Made by a program: the position numbers and the translations under genes | Origin: the human T2T-CHM13v2.0 reference genome, Homo sapiens | NCBI GenBank assembly: GCA_009914755.4 | Contig: CP068257.2 | Location: 40,352,001 to 40,416,000 of the forward strand | DNA: 64,000 nt | Direction of reading: 5' to 3' | Part shown: positions 42,543 to 53,510 of the stretch, in pieces | Layout: each line of letters starts with the position of its first letter | How positions within the stretch are numbered: position 1 is the first letter of the stretch | The notes under the pieces: generated by a model | The model's database searches: none | Told to the model about the DNA's origin: nothing | Seen by the model: the letters and a program-made list of their open reading frames with translations, nothing else

Positions 42543-44349
42543 TCATATCTTAACATAAATTAATTCAATGCAAATACTTTCCTCTTTATAGAGTGTTAAA
42601 TCAGTTGTATGGAATTAAGATTTTTGAGGGAGAGGGAAGGTAGGCAATTTCGAATATAGAGCATTCTAGTGAGAAGCAGAGGAAAGCAAAGCGACTTGGC
42701 ACTCAGAAGGGTACCAGGGGGTGAGTGAGGGGGTGAGAAACAGAGATGGAAAGGGATCAAAATAATCTCACCTACTTGGACTAGTGTCATAGCTAAGGTA
42801 CACTATAAATTAAGTTGGCTCCCAGACTAGCCACAAAACTGCTACTACCAGTTCTACAGGAAAATGGCTCTTTACATCCAGCATCAACCTAGATTTCAAC
42901 TCTGGGAACATGGGTCCTTTGGAATGTTGGGGATTGCTTCTATAGTCCTAACCATGATACTAGAAAAAAGAGGGAATGCATGTAACACAAGGCAAATACC
43001 TAGTTAAAAAAACAAAGCATCTACATTTGACTTTGGAACATAAACACACACACACAGACTGCTTATCCCCAAACCCTCATTTCAGGATTTAGCCGTAACA
43101 CCTACCATTGGATTTTACTATTTGATGGTGATAGGAAGTTGCCTCTGAGTTTCGGTCTTATCATCACTCACTTGGTGACAACGCAAATATCCTCAGATTT
43201 CAAACCTAGACTAGCTTATCCAATCCTTCAAGAGGAGTCATGTTACTATCTTGTATTCCATTTCACCACACTTTCAGTCTCTAACAAGGGGGTTTGATTT
43301 TGGTTTGATGGTTGTTCTTGGCCACATTCAGGAGAATGATCCTACTCCAACATAGTTCAAGCTCCTTTGCACCTTAGCAGAGCAGACTCTGGTCACAGCC
43401 TTTGCTGTTTTCTTCCAGCCACTACACAGCCATTCCACCTCCTGTTAACAGCCCCATGATTTTGCTATAGAAGAACTGCTCTTGTCCCACTGTGTGCTAC
43501 AGCCTGATGTGCTCCTCTCCCCTACCTCTGGGCTAACCATACAACCAAAGCCAAACCAATCAGAAACTTTGTCCTCGGAATATGAATCCTGAGAAGAATG
43601 ACAAAGGCAATAAATAAATGAAGCTGACTTATCTCAACGGAGGCCTGAAAATGCAACCTTGCTAGTGCCTGCTACATAGATTCCTGGAGTTAGCTTGGTT
43701 TTTGTCCTTCTTCCTGGCCCAGTTTTTTAGCTTTTCTTTTAAGTCCAAGAGCAACCCTGTATCTTTACAATAAACTACTTTTTCCATTCAAGCCAGACAG
43801 TTTCTGTTCTTGTTATTAAAGAACCCTAATATATTTCCACGTGGTATTCACTGTTCCTTGTCATGCCTTCCAAACCCATCCTAATACAGCTTCTAGACTG
43901 AGCTTCTTAGAACAAAGCTTTGATCGCTCACCCAACATACACGTTAAATATTCCTATTATTAATTCAACTTATTTACTGAATTCCAATTCTGTACAAGGC
44001 ATGGTTAGATTTATCTGAAATATAGGGGTGCACCAAACAGACAAGACCCCCACTTTCTAGTGAGATAAATCAGATGCTAAGGAAACAAATAAAAAAGACA
44101 ACCTCAGATTCTGCTAAAAGTTATGGTGGAAATAAATAAGGTGCTATATCGCTGGATGCAGTGCCTAGAGAGGATGGTCAGAAAATACCTTGATGGAATA
44201 TTTCAGCTGAGACCTAAGATCTGAATGAAGAGAACCAGCTTTGATCCTGTTTAAAAATAAAATAATAAAAACAATTGTTCTCCATTAGGCTAAAATTTTT
44301 AAAACAATGACTAAAGGTCTCTATAAAATCTGGTTTCAAATGACTTTTA

Positions 44350-44670
<321 letters not shown>

Positions 44671-46450
44671 ATTTTTTTTTCTTTCCCTTAGTTATTTCCT
44701 AGTGATCCCTTTCTGCTCCAGATACTCTGTCTCTAAGACCTAACCTGCACATCTGACTTCTCCCACTCCCCAATCTGGAAAGTCCTAGAACTCACCTAAA
44801 CCCCTCCTCAGCACACTACTCAGAATATTAATCACCTTTCAAAGCTCAGGTCAAGTTCCAGCTACTCCATAAAATCTTCCATTATGGGTTGAATTGTGTC
44901 CCCACTCTTCCCTCCCAAATTTATATGATAAAGACTTAGCCTCCAGTACCTGGAGAATGTAGTCATACTTGGAGACATGGTCTCTAAGAGGTAATTAAGT
45001 TAAAATGAGGGCTTTAGGGTGACCCCTAAACTGATGTAACTGGTGTTCTTACAGGAGAGGAAGATTAGCACAGAGACATGAACAGAGGAAGGACCAAGTA
45101 GGGACAAGAAGATGCCATCTATAAGCCAAAGAGAAGCCTCAGAAGAAGCCAACCCTGCTGACACCTTGTTCTTGGACTTCTAGCTTTCAGAACTGTGGGA
45201 AAAGAAATCTGTTGAGTCATCCAGTCTGCAGTACTTTGTTATAGCAGCCCAAGCAAATGAATATACCTTCCTTGACTACTTCATCTTATAACGTGCAAAT
45301 ACCTCAACTTCAGCACCATTTACATGTTTATTCACTGCCTTTATTGTTAGTCATTTGTGTCTCCCCAAGAGGACTGAAAGCTATTTAAAGACTGATAATC
45401 TATTTAATATCTTTTGGCATTATCAATGCTCAACATGTTATCTTCCACAACAATAAAGATTTGACTTTTCTGTACTCTTCACTCCAATTAAATGCACGAG
45501 TGAAAATTATGGCTGTTAGTTGTTTTGCTGAAGTAAAGCGTATTACATCACTGCCCTGCTTTGGAGTACTGTACTGATTTTTCTATTCCTAAAGAAAATC
45601 CAAACTACAAACTGGCATACAAGACTTTTCATACTCTGGTTACAATTCATCTCTCCATCCTTATTGGACACTACTTACCATCTACTCTACAAACTTGCAT
45701 ATCCAGCCTCTGCCACCCAAAATCTCTCTCTTCCCTCTCCTTTACTTGGCTAACTTCTTTCGAAAGATCCAGTTGAAATGTCACCGACTCTACAAAGCTT
45801 TTGTAATTTGCCCCTAGCCAGCAGCTCAGTCATCTAAACTACCACAATACTTCATCTCTCTGTAATAACACCACAACTTCTTCAATTAATCTTCTTTTAC
45901 ATGTGTCTCCCCCAAGGGACTCCCTAAAGAAAAAACCCTTGTTTGCATGCACGTATCCCTGATGCCCAGCACAAGGCCTGGCAAGCTAGGTACAGGGCAA
46001 AGAGAGAAATCATCAAACTTGAGGCTCAAGACCTGGACTGGCTCACCTTTATTTCTCCAGCATCCGTTACAGAGCCCCAACACGTGGCAGTATTCTTTGC
46101 TTTTTCTATTAGACCTTGTGACTTTAATCACTACTGGACGATGATTCCCAAATCTGTATCTCTGTTTAGACTCTTGAGGCTCCAGCCTCTCAGGTACCTA
46201 CTGAACGGTTCCATCACAGTATATCCTCAGGTCCAGCATGGTACTTAAACTCCACAACTCTCGTCCCTGCTCCCACATCTGTTTGTCCTCACATATTCCC
46301 GATTTACTTTGGTGTGTTGCCAGACCCTAAAATTTCTTCTCTTTCCCTTATAGCCTATCACTGTGACCTGGTCAAACCTAGCTCTTAAATAGCTTATAAT
46401 CTGCTCTCTCTACTTCCATTGGCTTTGCGGACAACTAAAACTGTCCCTTC

Positions 46451-46568
46451 GGCTGGGCGCAGTGGCTCATGCCTGTAATCCCAGCACTTTGGGAGGCCAA
46501 GTGGGGTGGATCACGAGGTCAGGAGATCTCAAGGCCATCCTGGTCAACAGGATGAAACCCCGTCTCTA

Positions 46569-46607
<39 letters not shown>

Positions 46608-46825
46608 AGCTGGGCGATGTGGCGGAAGCCTGTAATCCCGGCTACTCAGGAGGCTGAGGCAGGAGAATCGCTTGAACCAGGGAGGCGGAGGTTGCAAAAC
46701 CAGGGAGGCGGAGGTTGCAGTGAGCCAAGATCACGCCATTGTACTCCAGCCTGGGGCAACAAGAGTGAAACTCTGTCAAAAAAAAAAAAAAAAAAAAAAG
46801 AAAAAAAGAAAAGAAAAGAAAAAAT
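46451..46825 (+). mobile_element. Alu SINE (sense) with 36-nt pure A middle linker (46570-46605), a 23-bp internal tandem duplication (46678-46723) and an (A)n(GAAAA)n tail
   Basis: ggctgggcgcagtggctcatgcctgtaatcccagcactttgggaggccaagtggggtggatcacgaggtcaggag...; ccagggaggcggaggttgcaaaa|ccagggaggcggaggttgcagtg. Confidence 0.9.
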
Positions 46826-48489
46826 TGTCCCTTTAATTATCTCATTTCCATCGAGAGACCTTCTTAACTTAACCCCAATTTTGTTATTTACAATTTTTCC
46901 TTCAGAGTGTACACATCTAATATTCAACAGTGTAAGTTCCTCGAGGGCAGGGGTTATATCTTCTTCAACTTCTATTTCAACAGAATGAAGCACATTATAC
47001 TTTCAATAAAGTGTTAAAAAGGAAAAATAAACAAAAAGTTACTTTTAAGTAAACCAGCACTTCAAATTTTGACTTTCTTTTTAACATCAATATTTAGGGG
47101 TGCTTAAATTTAAACTTAATGACTACTAGTCCTTAGAGATCATCATTTACTCCAAGTACACGAGGAAAGCTTTAAAAGATAATTTTCCATGAGAAATCTT
47201 TCTAAAATGGATTAACCCACTTTCTTGTCTTCTTAAACAAGGTATGAGGACCGTAATGTAAGCTGCTTAATTGAGGACTCAGGGTCATCGTGTGAACAAT
47301 CGCTGGACTATTTTGTAACACACGCGTGCCCTCGGAGGCTCGGTGCCAGGGCTGTGAGCGCTTGCACGAAAGGAAAAACCCCAGGCCGTGTGAAGTTCTA
47401 ACTTTCCCCGTCCTCTCGGTCAGGCAATCCCACCGGGGCACCTGTCTAAAAACACCCCGCCTCCGAACGCGCGCTCTTGCGGAATTCTCCCGAACCGCAG
47501 AGCCCTCGTGGCTGGGACCGCATAGCAACCGGGGGCAGAGTGCGAGCCCCCAGCGGTGTGCTAGGATGGAAAAGCAGGAGCCGCTGAGGATGGACTACGG
47601 GGCGTGTTCCCGAAAAGCCGGGAAGAGATGTGGCGGGGCTGCCGCGGGCGTCTCTAAGGCCGGCACGGGTGGCGTCTTGACTCCCTGCCCCTCCAGCCGC
47701 GGACCTCGGACGGGGGAAAGGGGGCTCCTCCAAGCGGGGAGACGGTCGCCGACCGAGCAGCAGGGCTCCTGGCCAGCGGAGGGTGCTATGCTCTGCGGGA
47801 CCGCCGGGAAGTCCCAGACAAGGTCTGCGGGGGCTCTGGAGGAAAAAAAACGCGCTGTGAGGTCCAGGCGTCCGCGGGAGGGGCCGGGGGCGGGGAGGGA
47901 GCGTCCAGCGGGCACCGAGCGGTCACGCTCCGGCCACCGGGCCGAGGACGGGGCGGCGGGGCTAGGTCCCGGACCGTGAAGGGAGCGGCGGGTCGCGGCA
48001 GGTGCGGGGTCCCCAAGGCCGCCGGCCAGCTTCCGCGCACACCCCGCGGCCCGGGCCGCCGGCCCCCAACCCCTGCCCGGAACAGGAGAACGCGCCCTTC
48101 TCCACGAGGCGTTTCAACCGCTCCGCGCGAGGGGCGCGCGCCTGGGCCAGGCGTGTCCCCTACCCCAGGGGCAGCTCGGCCAGGGTGAAGAGTGAAGCCC
48201 GTGAGGGAATGGAGCATGCGCATTCGCGAGGGCGAGGCCAAGTGCTGGCAGGGAGCGTGCGCAGTGTGAAGGTACAATCGGCTACGTGGGAACCCGGGAC
48301 ATGCTCGGTGAGCGCCCAGGTCCCGCGCACGCGCAGAAGCGCTCGGAGCCCGCAACCCGCTGGTGGAGAAAAAAGAGGAGAGAAATCACCTCAGAGTTAC
48401 GTCAGGAAAGGCCGCGTTTTGCGGGGAGGCTGTAGCCTCCCAAGGAGCCCCGCAGTTCTCCTAGAGCTAGGGGCGTGACAGTTACTCAC

Positions 48490-48640
48490 CGGTCTTCAGT
48501 CTCGAGGCAGACGCCGGGCCCCTTTCCGCTCACACTCGGCTCGCGCGCGCCGCAGCCGCCGCTGCCGCTGTGATTCCATCCATCTTGAATTTGACGTCAT
48601 CCCACACCAGGGATGAGGTCATCGCAGGCATCGCTCGTCA
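48490..48640 (-). other. ZBTB21: Putative non-coding first exon of ZBTB21, ending at a 5' splice site CCG|GTGAGTAAC (intron starts at 48489). TSS not determinable, guessed at ~48600-48650
   Basis: Plus-strand gttactcacc at 48481-48490 is a near-consensus donor on the minus strand. It sits in the correct orientation and position, inside the CpG island and downstream of the CCAAT, E-box and CRE elements, to splice to the acceptor at 32341. Confidence 0.5.
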
Positions 48641-48661
48641 CGTGCGCGGCACTCTGATTGG
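48592..48661 (-). promoter_or_regulatory. ZBTB21: Core-promoter motif cluster: palindromic CRE TGACGTCA (48592-48599), E-box CACGTG (48639-48644), inverted CCAAT / NF-Y box (ATTGG on +, 48657-48661), followed by GC boxes
   Basis: Motifs read directly. The arrangement (CCAAT ~60-100 nt upstream of a CpG-island TSS, with a CRE near the start) is typical of TATA-less housekeeping promoters. Confidence 0.5.
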
Positions 48662-48675
48662 GCGCCGGGCGCCGG

Positions 48676-48700
48676 AGGGCGGGGCGGGGGGGGGGGCCTC
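48676..48700. repeat. GC-box / G-tract: gggcggggcgggggggggggg with a run of 12 G (48685-48696)
   Basis: Read directly. GGGCGG is an SP1-type box. The G12 homopolymer is a candidate length-polymorphic or G-quadruplex-forming tract (C12 on the ZBTB21 strand). Confidence 0.7.
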
Positions 48701-49945
48701 GCGGCGCAGGGGGACGGGGGAGGGCGGGCCTGCCCGGAGCCGCGCGCCGAACGGACGCTGCCGCGCTGCAAGCCCGCGCTCTCGGTCCATGAGGGGAGCC
48801 TGCGGCGGCCGTTAGGGGAGGCGGCCGGGCTGGGGGCCACGGCGAGGAGGCTGAGCGCCCCGGCCGGGTGGAGTCCGTCGCGGCGAGGAGCGCGCCGATT
48901 CTCAGGGGACTTTGCCGCCTGCCGGAGGCGCCCTTGCTGCGGGGTCGCCCCGGGTCATTCGGCCGCGGTCCTGCCCAGCTGGGCCGCCAGTAGTCCCCGC
49001 TTCCGGCGCGGCGGGATGCGTGGCGCGAGCGCTTAGTCCCTCGGAGGGGAGGACGCGCTCCCGTTCACCGGTGGACGGCGGGCGACTCCCCGAGCCGACG
49101 ACCCCGACAGCGACGGGAGCGACGCGCGGCTTTCTGACGGGCGCGGGCGGCGAGCGGGGCCCTGCGGTCCTCGGGTCGGCGGCAGACGCTCCCGGCCCGC
49201 GAGGAAAGCCCGCGGGAGGCGGCTCCTGCCGCTCGCTAGTCGCTCAGAGCGCTTCCATTTCCTCCTCCCGACGCAACCTGGCCACCTGGCCCCTGGGCGG
49301 GGACCCGGCGGCCGCGGCCAGGGCGTCCGGGCTCGTTCGCCGCGCAGATGGGGGTCGGTCCTGACCCCCGCCGGGGCGTCCACAGCGGCCCGCAGGCAGC
49401 CGGAGACTTCGCATAGTGCCCGGCTCATCGGAGGGCTGTGATCTTTTTTTTTTTTGCAGAAATATTACAACTCCACTGATGAGAAAACTCACTTCGCTTT
49501 CAGTCAAAACCAGAAATTAGATAACAGAAATGCCACACTGTCAACACCGACCGGGAGGAAAGCCTCGCTGGCGGAGACCGCTCAAGGGAGCCCTCCGCGC
49601 GTTCTCCCAGCCCGGGTCGCAGGTGGAGGGGGAGTGCCTCCTGCAGGGACGGTTCTCCCGCAGACACTCAAACTCCGGGATGTAAAACCCCTGTTAATAA
49701 TTGTCAGGGGTCTGTTAATTGCCAAATACAGTTTTTGAAAGTTGTATGCACTAGGTAAAATAATTTATGTAATGTTTGGAAGTATGTGAAAGACAGACAT
49801 TAGATTGATACAAATTAAAAATTTGTTGCCAAATTAACAGCTCTGTTGTAGATTATTAGTTTGACTAATTTTAAGAGGACTCTTAGTCTTACATAAAGAA
49901 TCTTGCACCTAAAAATTTTCTCCTACAACTTTAAAACACTTTAAA

Positions 49946-50242
49946 TTTTTTTTTTTTTTTTCCTGAGATGGAGTCTCTGTCAGTCCCAGGCTGGAGTGCA
50001 GTGGCATGATCTCAGCTCACTGCAGCCTCCACTCCCTGGCTCAAGCCATCCTCCCGTCTCAGCCTCGGCAGTAGCTGGGACTATAGGTGCATCCGTCACA
50101 CCTAGCTGATTTTTGTATTTTTGGTAGAGATGGAGTTTCACCATGTTGCTCAGGCTGGTTTCAAACTCCTGGTCTGAAGCAATCCACCCGCCTCAGCCTC
50201 CCAATGTGCTTGGATAACAGGTGTGAGCCACCATGCCCAGCC
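49946..50242 (-). mobile_element. Alu SINE (full length, antisense)
   Basis: ttttttttttttttttcctgagatggagtctctgtcagtcccaggctggagtgcagtggcatgatctcagctcactgcagcc...ggataacaggtgtgagccaccatgcccagcc. Confidence 0.9.
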
Positions 50243-50481
50243 TAAAGAGTGTCTGTATTTTGAACTGTATGGTGGAAAAGCACAAAGTGACTGTTCTGAA
50301 GGTAGAAGGCAACAGTGATTATAAGTCTTAAAAGAACCTTGAGTTTTAGGTTCCCCTGTGATTAGGCTGGGGGAGTGTGTGCTGCTATCCTAGTTTTATA
50401 GGTGAGAAAACTAGTACTGGCTTTACCACATGCTGGAAGCAGCCTCCCTTGAGCGATCCCTTTCTAGCCACCTGCTTAGCT

Positions 50482-50514
50482 GTTTTTTTGTTTTGTTTTG
50501 TTTTTTGTTTTTTC
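50482..50514. repeat. (GTTTT)n-like simple repeat
   Basis: gtttttttgttttgttttgttttttgttttttc. Confidence 0.8.
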
Positions 50515-51549
50515 AACCTTCCTCAGGACGATACACATTGGTGTCTCTGCTTTGAGCTATATGATCAGGCTTTTGGCCTCACCATTTCACTGGAATTGAC
50601 CTGACTGCCAAATCTGGCAGAAACCGTTGCATCTTTCAGTTGCTCTCTTTGATTTGTGACACGCTTCCAATTGCTTCAGCAGTGATTGCTTCAGTTACGC
50701 CTCATTCCCTGGATTTCCCACCTCTTGGCTGACTCTCCTCCTGGGCCGGCTGTGTTGGCCCTTCTGCCCCTGCCCATGCTCGCACTGGGTTTCTTGGCAC
50801 ACACACCCTATGCAGTCTCATCCATGCTTGGAACATATGCCCAGTTGCTGGAGCCAGGAATGTGGGCACCATGGTGGGCTCCTCCCTCACTTCCAGTATT
50901 GGGTCTATCCCCAAGTCCTGTCCGTCCGACCTCCTCAGTGTTTCTCTGGTAACGTAACCGCTTAACTGCTCTCCCAGCCTCCAGGTTTCCTCCTTTAATC
51001 CACTCTCACATTACAGCTAAAGCGATTTTTCTAAACAGCAAAAGGGATCATGCCACTCCCTTGCATAGGGTTTAATGGCTCTCCATTGCCTAGGTGAGAG
51101 TTCAAACCACAACGCACAAGTGCCTGAGGACTTGGCCCAGCCTCTCCCATCTTTCCCCCACCTCCACTCTGACATGCAGGCCTCTAAACTAGTCTTGCTC
51201 TGTCTCTTGCCTCTGGGCTTCTGGGCTTCAAGTGTGTTGTCCCTTCTGCCTGAGCTATTGACCCCACCACTACCACCCTGTTTTAACGGGATAATTTCAT
51301 CTTGATTGGTGTTTCTTCCTCCAGGATTCCACCACCTCCCCACCCCACCTGACTGGCATCTTCTCAGCTGTATCTAGGGTTGGTGCTCCCTCCTCTGTGC
51401 TCCCATAACACCTGGTGCAGGTTTTGTTGACACCACTTGTGTAGGTGATGTTGGATTTGCCAGCCAGCACCCTCTCATCCGCCCTGCAGGTTTCTTGTTT
51501 GCCTCTGCCTGCCCAATGCCTGACTTTCAGTCTAAATTCCTTACCTCTT

Positions 51550-51665
51550 TCAGCTTCTGGTGGCTGCCAGCATTTCTGAGCTTGTGGCTGTATCACTCCA
51601 ATCTCTGCCTGTGTGTTCACATGGCCTTCTTCTGTCTGTCAAATCTCCCTCTACTTCTTAGTGTT
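51550..51665 (+). mobile_element. MaLR LTR fragment (MLT1-like internal block)
   Basis: cagcttctggtggctgccagcatttctgagcttgtggctgtatcactccaatctctgcctgtgtgttcacatggccttcttctgtctgtc closely parallels the block at 53025-53120. Confidence 0.5.
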
Positions 51666-52840
51666 AGCCGTACACTGAAGCACCCCAAACAGGATCTCTC
51701 ACACCATAGACACATATGTTCTTTTATACAAAATGCACATTGTTTATGCAGCCACCTCATTAGACACCCTGCGGACAACCCACAGCTGTGCACACAGCAA
51801 GCTCACAGCTGGACTTCCTATCGACATTCTATCTGCCCTTGAACCATTTTTTCCATCCTTGACTGTGTCCTACTTAATTAAAGATGCTGCTGTCTGCCTT
51901 GCTACCCAAGCCAGAAACTTGACGGTTATTTCTCAATGTCTGCATTCAACTGTCACTAAGTCCTATCAATCTACCTCTTAAATGCCACTTAAACCTGTCC
52001 TTACCAGCCTTATTTCAGCTGTTTCTGGCCTGCAGCAGCTCTGTCCAATCTGTAGCCATTGCAACCAAGTTCCTGCCTCAGTTTTGCTTCCTTCCCTTCC
52101 CAGCCTAGTGCGTTTTCAATCAAATTTATCTTTCCAAATGCAACTCGGGTTAACTTGCATTGGTGCTGTATACCCACCCACCCTCCCATGTGGCTTGCAG
52201 ATGCCTGCGGCCTCATAGCTGGGCATGGCCTGTCCAGTGCTGCCAAGGTGGCTTTGCTTTCTGCTTGCCTCGCCTTTGCCAACCCCTCTAGCCATGTAGT
52301 CTGGCACAGGCACTTCCTGGGATGGCCTTTTCCTATTCAATCTGCAGGCAAATCCAATTTCAAGTGTCAGACCGAGGCTGCCTCCCTCTGCGCTTCAGTG
52401 ATTCCACTATACCATCTATTTCACCTATTCCCGTCTGCTCAAAGGCCGGTTTCTCCACTAGTTTGCATGCCCCTTGGCACAGAGACCATGTCTGTTAACT
52501 TGTGTATGCCCGGAGCTTTGGACCTGTTGCTAGGGCTGTGTCCTGGGCCATCTGTTCCCGATGGCTAGAGTTTTCTCTCTGAAACTGTTACAGTGGTAGC
52601 CGATTCTCCAGTGTTCATGCTGTTAAGTTGGTTTGCATTTCTTATAACAAAAAAAAACACAGCCCTTTTATAATTTGGGGGAGGGAAGTCTCTATGGGGT
52701 TTAACATATCTGCTTCTTCATATTTGGAAGTGGGAAGTTTTAATCAGCTGTGATTCTCTTAACCATCATTTCATTGGAATGGGTACCTGGCTGTCCAGAT
52801 TTGCCCAATCTATGGGTTGGGTGGTTATCTCTTTAAAAAA

Positions 52841-53510
52841 TTCATTAGTTTCCTGTGGCTGCTGTAATAGCTTTCTACAAACTTGGTGGGTTAAAACAAT
52901 AGAAACTTACTCTTTTACAGTTCTGGAGGCCAGAAGTCCGAAATTGGTCTTATGGGATGGAAATTCAGGTGTGAGCAAGGCCACACTTCCCTTGGAGGAT
53001 ATAGAGAAAGTGCCTTGCTTTCAGCCTCTGGTGGCTGCCAGCATTCCTGGGCTTGTGGCTGCATCACTCTGATCTCTGCTTCTGTGTTCACATGACCTCT
53101 TTTCTGTCTGTCAAATCTCCCTCTACCTGTTTCTTTCTTTGTTTTGTTTTGTTTTGTTTTTGTTTTAGACACCTGGTCTTGCTCTGTTGCCTAGGCTGGA
53201 GTATAGTGGTGCACTTATAGTTCATGTAACCTTGAACTTCTGGGCTCAAGTGATCCTCCAGCCTCAGCCTCCCAAGTAGCTAGGCCTATGGGTGTGCACC
53301 ACCACACCTGGCCTTCTCTGCCTCTTTCATAAAGGGACACTTGGGAAGGCATTTAGGGCCTACCAGGAGAATCCAGCATGATCTCCCCATCTCAAGATCT
53401 TTTCATTTAATTACATCTGCAAGACCCTTTTTTCATATAAGGTAACATTGGAGGTTTCAGAGATCAGGACTTGATATCTTTAAGGGTCATTAGTCAGCCT
53501 ACTGCAGATA
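52841..53510 (+). mobile_element. ERVL-MaLR solitary LTR (MLT1-type) interrupted by an Alu right-monomer insertion at 53137-53312
   Basis: tcattagtttcctgtggctgctgtaat...ggttaaaacaatagaaacttactcttttacagttctggaggccagaagtccgaaatt...cctctggtggctgccagcattcctgggcttgtggctgcatcactctgatctctgc...[Alu]...atctccccatctcaagatcttttcatttaattacatctgcaagaccc..ataaggtaacattggaggtttcagagatcaggacttgatatctttaaggg. Confidence 0.65.
53137..53312 (-). mobile_element. Alu right-arm monomer / truncated Alu (antisense) with (GTTTT)n tail, nested in the MaLR LTR
   Basis: gttttgttttgttttgtttttgttttagacacctggtcttgctctgttgcctaggctggagtatagtggtgc...gcctcccaagtagctaggcctatgggtgtgcaccaccacacctggcc. Confidence 0.8.

Larger units (their letters stand above)
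47250..49440. promoter_or_regulatory. ZBTB21: CpG island (~2.2 kb) spanning the putative ZBTB21 promoter, exon 1 and the start of intron 1. Possibly bidirectional
   Basis: Very high G+C and CpG density read directly (long runs of cgcg/gcgg/ccgc), in contrast with the flanking AT-rich DNA. It lies ~16 kb upstream (minus strand) of the acceptor-preceded coding exon. Confidence 0.85.

Noticed and set aside
46506-46988. 160-aa ORF with poly-Lys run
   Set aside because: It is a translation of the Alu at 46451-46825, including its poly(A) tracts (AAA = Lys).
47326-49428. Several long ORFs on both strands inside the CpG island (e.g. 47326-47979 +, 47786-48355 -, 48002-48478 +, 48912-49364 +, 49033-49428 -) with Arg/Pro/Gly/Ala-rich translations
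   Set aside because: These are the expected artefact of GC-rich, stop-codon-poor DNA. They overlap mutually in multiple frames and have low-complexity composition, no recognisable domain and no splice context. The region is better explained as promoter, exon 1 and intron.
49485-49560. Possible additional minus-strand donor (cgaa|gtgagtt at ~49487-49492) suggesting an alternative upstream ZBTB21 exon
   Set aside because: It has weak exon-side consensus and no identifiable acceptor or promoter context upstream. It cannot be supported without transcript data.
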